This document shows positions 1 through 6,236 of a stretch of 29,676 bases of DNA, piece by piece. The DNA comes from an uncultured Gammaproteobacteria bacterium (GTDB taxonomy: Bacteria > Pseudomonadota > Gammaproteobacteria > CAZMMH01), in NCBI GenBank assembly GCA_964567315.1, contig CAZMMH010000002.1:1-29676 (forward strand), written 5' to 3'. Each line of letters opens with the position of its first letter. The first letter of the stretch is position 1. Made by a program: the position numbers and the translations under genes. Below the pieces are notes generated by a model. The model worked only from the letters and a program-made list of their open reading frames with translations, was not told the DNA's origin and ran no database searches.

Positions 1-113
1 TCACCGCCGACGGCCGCACGCCGCACCAGGCGGTGGTGACGGCGATGGACGCGGCGGGGCAGCTCGGCCTGACCCGGATCGCCATCACCACCAAGAGGGA
101 ATCCGGCAACTGA
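1..113 (+). CDS. exbD: Biopolymer transport protein ExbD/TolR family, C-terminal fragment (5' end outside window)
   Basis: Frame starting at 3 reads TADGRTPHQAVVTAMDAAGQLGLTRIAITTKRESGN*, matching the ExbD C-terminal motif (AD..TPHQ.VV.AMDAA..LG). TGA at 111-113 is 3 nt before the msbA ATG. exbB-exbD-msbA-lpxK order is known in Gammaproteobacteria. Confidence 0.85.
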   Translation, partial: TADGRTPHQAVVTAMDAAGQLGLTRIAITTKRESGN

Positions 114-116
114 TTC

Positions 117-1883
117 ATGGCCGTTCCTGCTGACACGGCCGACGCGGCCGCGATCTACCGGCGCCTGCTGGGCTACGCGGCGCCCCACTGGCGGATGTTC
201 GCCGGCGCGGTGGTGGCGATGACCCTGTATGCCGCCACCGACACCGGCTTCGCCGCCCTGATGCGGCCGATGCTCGACGGCAGCTTCGTGAACAAGGACC
301 CGGTGGTGATCCGCTGGGTGCCGTTCCTGCTGATCGGCCTGTTCTTCGTCCGCGGCGTGAGCGGCTTCTCCTCCACCTACGCCATGAGCTGGATCGGCCG
401 GCGGGTGGTGCACCGGCTGCGCGAGCAGATGTTCCACGGCCTGCTGCGGATGCCGAGCCGCTACTACGACAACAGCTCCACCGGCGAGCTGATTTCACGC
501 CTCACCTACAACACCGAGCAGGTGGCCCAGGCCACCACCAACGCGGTGACCATCGTCATTCGCGACGCCCTCACCATCCTCGGCCTGCTGGCCTGGATGT
601 TCTATCTCAACGGCCTGCTCTCCCTGGTGTTTCTGGTTCTGGGCCCGGCGGTGGTCTTCTTCGTCGCCAACATCAGCAAGCGTTTCCGCCGTATCGGCCG
701 CGGCATCCAGGACTCCATGGGCGACATCACCCGCATCGCCGAAGAGGCGATCGACGGCCAGCGGGTGGTCAAGGTGTTCGGCGGCCAGAGCTACGAGGAA
801 GGTCACTTCGCCGCGGCCAACAAGCGCAATCGCAATCAGAACATGAAGTTGATCGGCACCTCGTCGGCCAACGTGCAGATCATCCAGCTGATCGCCGCCG
901 TGGCCCTGGCCCTGATCATCTATCTGGCGACCCGCCCGCAGATGCTGCAGTCGATCACCGTCGGCACCTTCATGTCCTTCATCACCGCGATGATGATGCT
1001 GCTGCCGCCGATCAAGCGGCTCACCTCGGTCAATTCCATCGTGCAGCGGGCGATCGCCGCCGGCGAGAGCATCTTCGAATTTCTTGACTCGCCGCTGGAG
1101 CAGGACGTGGGAACGCGAGGGATCGAGCGTGTCGCCGGCGCCATCGCCTTCCACGGGATCACCCTGAGCTACCACCAGGACAAGGGCCCGGCCCTGCAGG
1201 GGATCGAGCTGGAGATCGCCGCCGGCGAGACCGTGGCCTTCGTCGGCCGCTCGGGCAGCGGCAAGACCACCCTGGTCAACCTGCTGCCGCGCTTCTACGA
1301 GCCCCAGGCCGGGCACATCCTGCTGGACGGAGTCGAGCTGCGCGACTACCGCCTGACCGACCTGCGCGACCAGATCTCCCTGGTGGGGCAGGAGGTGACC
1401 CTGTTCAACGACAGCATCGGCCGCAACATCGCCTACGGCCGCCTGCAGCAGGCCGATCCTGAGGCGATCCGCGCCGCGGCCGAGGCGGCCCATGCGCTGG
1501 AGTTCATCGAGGCGCTGCCCGATGGCTTCGACACGATGGTGGGGGAGAATGGGGTGCTGCTTTCCGGCGGCCAGCGCCAGCGCCTGGCGATTGCCCGCGC
1601 CCTGCTCAAGGATGCGCCGATCCTGATCCTGGACGAGGCCACCTCGGCCCTGGACAGCGAGGCCGAGCGGCATATCCAAGCGGCCCTCGAGACCCTGATG
1701 CGCAACCGCACCACCCTGGTGATCGCGCACCGCCTCTCGACCATCGAAAAGGCTGACCGCATCGTGGTCCTGGATGGCGGGCGCATCGTCGAGGTGGGCA
1801 GCCACGCCGAACTGCTGGCCGCCGACGGCGCCTATGCCGCCCTGCACCGGCGTCAGTTCGGCGACGCGCCGGCGGCTGTCTGA
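117..1883 (+). CDS. msbA: Lipid A export ABC transporter permease/ATPase MsbA
   Basis: 588 aa. N-terminal TM domain, Walker A GRSGSGKT, signature LSGGQRQR, Walker B ILILDEATSALD, H-loop IAHRLST. Sits directly upstream of lpxK. Confidence 0.96.
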   Translation: MAVPADTADAAAIYRRLLGYAAPHWRMFAGAVVAMTLYAATDTGFAALMRPMLDGSFVNKDPVVIRWVPFLLIGLFFVRGVSGFSSTYAMSWIGRRVVHRLREQMFHGLLRMPSRYYDNSSTGELISRLTYNTEQVAQATTNAVTIVIRDALTILGLLAWMFYLNGLLSLVFLVLGPAVVFFVANISKRFRRIGRGIQDSMGDITRIAEEAIDGQRVVKVFGGQSYEEGHFAAANKRNRNQNMKLIGTSSANVQIIQLIAAVALALIIYLATRPQMLQSITVGTFMSFITAMMMLLPPIKRLTSVNSIVQRAIAAGESIFEFLDSPLEQDVGTRGIERVAGAIAFHGITLSYHQDKGPALQGIELEIAAGETVAFVGRSGSGKTTLVNLLPRFYEPQAGHILLDGVELRDYRLTDLRDQISLVGQEVTLFNDSIGRNIAYGRLQQADPEAIRAAAEAAHALEFIEALPDGFDTMVGENGVLLSGGQRQRLAIARALLKDAPILILDEATSALDSEAERHIQAALETLMRNRTTLVIAHRLSTIEKADRIVVLDGGRIVEVGSHAELLAADGAYAALHRRQFGDAPAAV

Positions 1884-1897
1884 GGCGGGCCCGCGCG

Positions 1898-2878
1898 GTG
1901 AAACGCCTTGACGCCTACTGGCAGGACAACAACCCCGTCAGCCTGCTGCTCACGCCGTTCGCGTGGCTGTTCCGGGCCCTGGCGGCGCTGCGCCGGGGCG
2001 CCTACCGCAGCGGCCTGCTGAGCGTACACCACCTGCCGGTGCCGGTGGTGGTGGTGGGCAACATCAGCGTCGGCGGCACCGGCAAGACCCCCCTGGTGGC
2101 CTGGCTGGTGGAGCAGCTGCGCGAGGCGGGCTTCCGCCCGGCCATCGTCAGCCGCGGCTACGGCGGCCGCGCCCGCCACTGGCCGCAGCAGGTGCGCCCG
2201 GATGGCGATCCCCAGGCGGTGGGCGACGAGCCGGTACTGCTGGCGCGCCGCTGCCGTTGCCCGGTGGCGGTTGGCCCGGATCGGGTGGCCGCGGCGCAGG
2301 CGCTGCTGGAGCACACCGACTGCGACCTGATCGTCTCCGACGACGGCCTGCAGCACTACGCCCTCGGGCGCGACGTGGAGATCGCCGTGATCGACGCCAA
2401 CCGGCGTTTCGGCAACGGCCGCTGCCTGCCGGCCGGGCCCCTGCGCGAGCCGCCGTCGCGGCTCACGAGCGTCGACCTGGTGGTCAGCAACGGCCCGGGC
2501 CTGCGCGGCGAACTGCCCATGCGCCTGGTCGGCGACACGCTGCACGCGGTACTGGAGCCCGCCCGCCGGCGGCCGCTGGAGGAGCTGCGTGGACTGCGGG
2601 TGCATGCGCTGGCCGGAATCGGCGACCCGCCGCGCTTCTTCGCCCTGCTGCGGCGCAGCGGGATCCAGCTGCTGGAGCATCCGTTTCCCGACCACCACGC
2701 CTTCCGGCCGGAGGAGCTGCGTTTCGACGACGGCCTGCCGGTACTGATGACGGAAAAGGACGCGGTAAAATGCGCCCCGTTCGCGGCGCCCAACCACTGG
2801 TACCTGCCGGTGGAGGCGCAACCCGACCCCAACCTGTTGCCCCGGCTGCTGCGCCTGTTGCCGCAGCCGGGCGGCTGA
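1898..2878 (+). CDS. lpxK: Tetraacyldisaccharide 4'-kinase
   Basis: GTG start. Motifs VVVGNISVGGTGKTP, SRGYGG, GDEP, DDGLQH, LPAGPLREP, LAGIGDP, FPDHH and MTEKDAVK. Confidence 0.97.
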   Translation: MKRLDAYWQDNNPVSLLLTPFAWLFRALAALRRGAYRSGLLSVHHLPVPVVVVGNISVGGTGKTPLVAWLVEQLREAGFRPAIVSRGYGGRARHWPQQVRPDGDPQAVGDEPVLLARRCRCPVAVGPDRVAAAQALLEHTDCDLIVSDDGLQHYALGRDVEIAVIDANRRFGNGRCLPAGPLREPPSRLTSVDLVVSNGPGLRGELPMRLVGDTLHAVLEPARRRPLEELRGLRVHALAGIGDPPRFFALLRRSGIQLLEHPFPDHHAFRPEELRFDDGLPVLMTEKDAVKCAPFAAPNHWYLPVEAQPDPNLLPRLLRLLPQPGG

Positions 2879-2896
2879 ACCCGCACTGGAGCCGCC

Positions 2897-3076
2897 ATGG
2901 ACAAGAAACTGCTGGACATCCTCGCCTGCCCGGTCTGCAAGGGAGCGCTGCTCCACCACAAGGATTCCCGCGAGCTGATCTGCCGCTTCGACCGCCTGGC
3001 CTTCCCCATTCGTGACGGCATTCCCGTGATGCTGGAGGAGGAGGCACGGCGCCTGGCGGCCGACGAGGAGATCTGA
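2897..3076 (+). CDS. ycaR: Trm112-family (YcaR/UPF0434) small protein, 59 aa
   Basis: Not in the supplied ORF track. Reads [66 protein letters not shown] upstream; TGA abuts the kdsB ATG; canonical lpxK-ycaR-kdsB position. Confidence 0.95.
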   Translation: MDKKLLDILACPVCKGALLHHKDSRELICRFDRLAFPIRDGIPVMLEEEARRLAADEEI

Positions 3077-3835
3077 ATGGAGTTCCGCATCGCGATCCCC
3101 GCGCGCTACGCCTCCACCCGCCTGCCGGGCAAGCCACTGCGCGAAATCGGCGGACGGCCGATGCTCGAGCATGTCTACCGGCGGGCGGTGGAGAGCGGTG
3201 CAGCCGAGGTGGTGATCGCCACCGATGACGTGCGCATCCAGCGGGTGGCCGAGGGCTTCGGGGCACGGGTCTGCATGACCGAGCCGCAGCATCCCAGCGG
3301 CACCGACCGGCTGGCGGAGGTGGCCACGGCCCTGGGCTGGAACGAAGGGGATATCGTGGTCAACCTGCAGGGGGATGAGCCGCTGATGCCGCCGCGCCTG
3401 TTGCGCCAGGTGGCTGCGGCCCTGGATGTCCATCCGGATGCGGCGATCGCCACCCTCTGCACGCCGATTCACACCACCGCCGAGCTGTTCGATCCGCACG
3501 TGGTCAAGGTGGTCTGCGACCGCGACGGTTACGCGCTCTACTTCAGCCGCGCGCCGATTCCCTGGGACCGCGACGCCTTCGGCGTCACCACGGAGGAGTT
3601 GCCGGAGAGCCGGCTGCACTACCGCCACGTCGGTCTCTACGCCTACCGGGTCGGCTTTCTGCAGCGCTTCGCCGCCGGAGCACCGTGCAGCCTGGAACGG
3701 ACCGAATCCCTGGAACAGCTGCGGGCCCTGTGGAGCGGCGAACGGATCCATGTCGGCGTGGTCGAGGCGCCGCCGGGCCATGGGGTGGACACCGAGGAGG
3801 ACCTGGCGCGGGTGGCCGCGCAGCTGGCGGGCTAG
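3077..3835 (+). CDS. kdsB: 3-deoxy-manno-octulosonate cytidylyltransferase (CMP-Kdo synthetase)
   Basis: Motifs IPARYASTRLPGKPL, SGTDRLAE, VVNLQGDEP, ALYFSRAPIP, HVGLYAYR, LEQLRAL and GVDTEEDL. Confidence 0.97.
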   Translation: MEFRIAIPARYASTRLPGKPLREIGGRPMLEHVYRRAVESGAAEVVIATDDVRIQRVAEGFGARVCMTEPQHPSGTDRLAEVATALGWNEGDIVVNLQGDEPLMPPRLLRQVAAALDVHPDAAIATLCTPIHTTAELFDPHVVKVVCDRDGYALYFSRAPIPWDRDAFGVTTEELPESRLHYRHVGLYAYRVGFLQRFAAGAPCSLERTESLEQLRALWSGERIHVGVVEAPPGHGVDTEEDLARVAAQLAG

Positions 3836-4098
3836 GACAGGTCTCCCAGCTCACCCAGGTCCGGGTGCAGGACGCCGTCCTCCCCGGGGTAAAGGGCCAG
3901 GGTCACCAGGTGCGGTGCGCGCCGCCGGGGTCCGCCGAACTGGTCGCCCTGGATCACCTGCGGACGGTTCGGGCATTGCAGCACCAGCTCCGGTCCGTGC
4001 TCCAGCAGTTCGATCACCCGACAGCGTTGACCGAGGTAGGGCACCTCGCGGCCGATCAGCTTGCGCAGGGCGGGAAGGCGGTTCGAAGGGTCGCTCAT
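3832..4098 (-). CDS. Hypothetical protein, 88 aa
   Basis: MSDPSNRLPALRKLIGREVPYLGQRCRVIELLEHGPELVLQCPNRPQVIQGDQFGGPRRRAPHLVTLALYPGEDGVLHPDLGELGDLS*. Codons look G/C-ending. It fills the otherwise empty gap after kdsB, and its stop overlaps the kdsB stop in a shared CTAG. ATG at 4098 is preferred over the ORF-track start at 4209. Confidence 0.7.
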   Translation of the reverse strand: MSDPSNRLPALRKLIGREVPYLGQRCRVIELLEHGPELVLQCPNRPQVIQGDQFGGPRRRAPHLVTLALYPGEDGVLHPDLGELGDLS

Positions 4099-4130
4099 GG
4101 GCGGGCTCGGAGGGGTTGCGTGCGGGGTGG

Positions 4131-4158
4131 TTGGCACTTTTCTGGGCTTGTCTATACT
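4131..4158 (+). promoter_or_regulatory. Candidate sigma70/sigmaS promoter for the DUF2934 gene
   Basis: TTGGCA (4131-4136), 16 nt spacer, TATACT (4153-4158) preceded by C, giving CTATACT, the sigmaS-type -10. Lies in an AT-richer intergenic stretch. Confidence 0.5.
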
Positions 4159-4313
4159 TTGGTTCGCTTTTCGCGAAGCGCAATGCGTACACCTACCAAC
4201 TGATGTCATACTCGTGTCACGGCGCGGTCGGGATAATTGGACCGTTGGCCGGTGGCGAGCAGGATCATCGGACGCTCACACACCAACCTAGAAACGGGGA
4301 GTAGAAAGTCGCC

Positions 4314-4865
4314 ATGGCTGAGAGTAAAAGCAAATTCTCCACGAAAAAGGGCACCAGCAGTGGGGTAAAGAAAAAGGCTGCGGCGAAGAAACCCGCCGGC
4401 AAGGCCGCGGCGTCGGAAGCCATGGCGACCACAGCCGCGGCGGCCAAGAAGCCGGTGGCCAAGAAGGCCGCGAGCAAGAAGGCAGCCGCTCCCGCAACCA
4501 AGAGCGTGGCCAAGACGCCGGCACCGGCCAAGAAGGTCGAGCCGTCCAAACCGGTCGAGCCCAAGCCGCCCGTGTCCAAGGCGGCCGAGCCCAAGCCTGC
4601 GGTCAGCGCTGGCACCACCAGCTCCGCGCCGGCCAAGGCGCCCGCGGTCAAGAGCGCGGCAAAGCCCGCGGCGGCCAAGGTGGCCGATCCGAAGCCGGTG
4701 GGGCGCAAGCCGCCGCTCGGTGTCAGCGACGAGGAACGCTGGCGGATGGTTGCGGTGGCGGCCTACTACCGGGCGGAAAAGCGCGGCTTCGCGCCCGGCA
4801 GCGAGCAGGAGGACTGGGCCGAGGCGGAGCGCGAAGTGGATACCCTGCTGTCCAGCAAAGTCTGA
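4314..4865 (+). CDS. DUF2934 domain protein with a long Lys/Ala/Pro-rich (histone H1-like) N-terminal region
   Basis: C-terminal DEERWRMVAVAAYYRAEKRGFAPGSEQEDWAEAEREVD fits the DUF2934 pattern (I...AY..AE.RG....G....DW..AE). N-terminus has KKKAAAKKPAGKAA / AAAAKKPVAKKAASKKAAAP tracts. GGGAG RBS-like sequence upstream. Confidence 0.85.
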   Translation: MAESKSKFSTKKGTSSGVKKKAAAKKPAGKAAASEAMATTAAAAKKPVAKKAASKKAAAPATKSVAKTPAPAKKVEPSKPVEPKPPVSKAAEPKPAVSAGTTSSAPAKAPAVKSAAKPAAAKVADPKPVGRKPPLGVSDEERWRMVAVAAYYRAEKRGFAPGSEQEDWAEAEREVDTLLSSKV

Positions 4866-4898
4866 TACGGCCGGCTTCCTGAGCACCCCGCGCACTGA

Positions 4899-4920
4899 CG
4901 GGCCGGCGATGACCGGCCCG
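4899..4920. other. Perfect 8-bp GC inverted repeat (hairpin without U-tract) between the DUF2934 and GT4 genes
   Basis: CGGGCCGG-CGATGA-CCGGCCCG. Confidence 0.4.
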
Positions 4921-4959
4921 TAGGTGCACGCGCTCCTGCGGCCGGTGAGGGAGGGGTGT

Positions 4960-6141
4960 TTGCGAATCCTGATGATCAGTGACGTCTATTTCCCCAGGAT
5001 CAACGGGGTGTCGACGTCGATTCAGACCTTTCGCCGCGAGTTTATCGCGGCCGGACACCACGTCACCCTGATCGCCCCGGACTACGGCGGCAGCGCCACC
5101 GACGACGACCCCGATATTCTCCGCATCCCCTCGCGGGGCGTGATCCTCGACCCGGAGGACCGCATGCTCAAGGGGCGGCGGATCAAGGCGTTGCAGGAGC
5201 GTCTGCGCGCCGAGCGCTACGACATCCTGCACATCCAGACGCCGTTCGTGGCCCACTACGTGGGCGTGCGCCTGGCGCGCGCGCTGGGCATCCCGGTGGT
5301 GGAGAGCTACCACACCTTCTTCGAGGAATACCTTTACTGCTACATCCCCTTTCTGCCCCGCCGCTGGTTGCGCTTCGTCGCCCGACGCCTCTCCAGCCTG
5401 CAATGCAACCGGGTCGACGCCCTGGTGGTACCCTCCAGCGCCATGCTCGAGGCGCTACGCCGCTACGGAGTGAACTCCGAGGCGGCGATCATTCCCACCG
5501 GCATGGAGCTGGAGCGTTTTCGGGGCGGTGACCGCGCTGCCTTCCGCCGCCGCCACGGCATTCCGGACGAGCGACCGGTGCTGCTGTACGTGGGGCGGGT
5601 GGCCTTTGAAAAGAACATCGGCTTTCTCGTCGACATGCTGGCCGAACTGCGCGCGCGTCTCCCCGAGGTGCTGCTGGTGGTCGCCGGGGAGGGGCCGGCC
5701 CGGGCCAGCCTGGAGCGGCGGGCGCAGGAGGCGGGACTCGCCGGCAACGTGCTGTTCATCGGCTACCTGGAGCGGGAGCGGGAGCTGCTGGACTGCTATC
5801 GGGGCGCCGACGTGTTTACCTTCGCTTCACGCACCGAGACCCAGGGTCTGGTGCTGCTGGAGGCGATGGCCCTCGGGGTGCCAGTGGTCTCGACCGCGGT
5901 GATGGGCACGCGGGACATCCTCGCCGCGGGCCGTGGTGCCCTGGTGGCGGAGGAGACGCACAGCGACTTCGCCGCCAAGGTTGCGCGCCTGTTCGATGAG
6001 CAGGAGCTGCGCAGCCGCCTCGGCGAGGAGGGCAGGGCTTACGTCGAGGAGTGGTCGGCGTCCCGGTTGGCGACGCGCATGGTGGAATTCTACGGCGAAA
6101 TCCTCTCGCGTCACGGGCGCACGGCGGCGGTGCTGAACTGA
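4960..6141 (+). CDS. Glycosyltransferase family 4 (GT-B fold), diacylglycerol alpha-glucosyltransferase-like
   Basis: Probable TTG start at 4960 after a GAGGGAGG RBS gives (M)RILMISDVYFPRINGVSTSI. Further motifs DILHIQTPF, SYHTFFEEY, LLYVGRVAFEKNI and FASRTETQGLVLLEAMALGVPVV (EX7E motif). Confidence 0.9.
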   Translation: MRILMISDVYFPRINGVSTSIQTFRREFIAAGHHVTLIAPDYGGSATDDDPDILRIPSRGVILDPEDRMLKGRRIKALQERLRAERYDILHIQTPFVAHYVGVRLARALGIPVVESYHTFFEEYLYCYIPFLPRRWLRFVARRLSSLQCNRVDALVVPSSAMLEALRRYGVNSEAAIIPTGMELERFRGGDRAAFRRRHGIPDERPVLLYVGRVAFEKNIGFLVDMLAELRARLPEVLLVVAGEGPARASLERRAQEAGLAGNVLFIGYLERERELLDCYRGADVFTFASRTETQGLVLLEAMALGVPVVSTAVMGTRDILAAGRGALVAEETHSDFAAKVARLFDEQELRSRLGEEGRAYVEEWSASRLATRMVEFYGEILSRHGRTAAVLN

Positions 6142-6236
6142 AACCCATGCCGCGCCCCCGGTTGCAGTTGCAGGAGGCGGGGGAGTAAAACAGCGGAACG
6201 CCCCCCGTTCCGGCGCCACGGCGTGGCGCCACCTGC

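Noticed and set aside
4131-4150. TGGCAC as a sigma54 -24 element (also TGGCA/TGGCG near 10615-10650)
   Set aside because: No GC dinucleotide at the required -12 position (GG-N10-GC not satisfied).
4314-4720. Lys/Ala repeats here and the Pro/Ala repeats in rne as a CRISPR array or DNA tandem repeat
   Set aside because: The repeats are degenerate, in-frame and protein-level; there are no identical repeat-spacer units and no cas genes.
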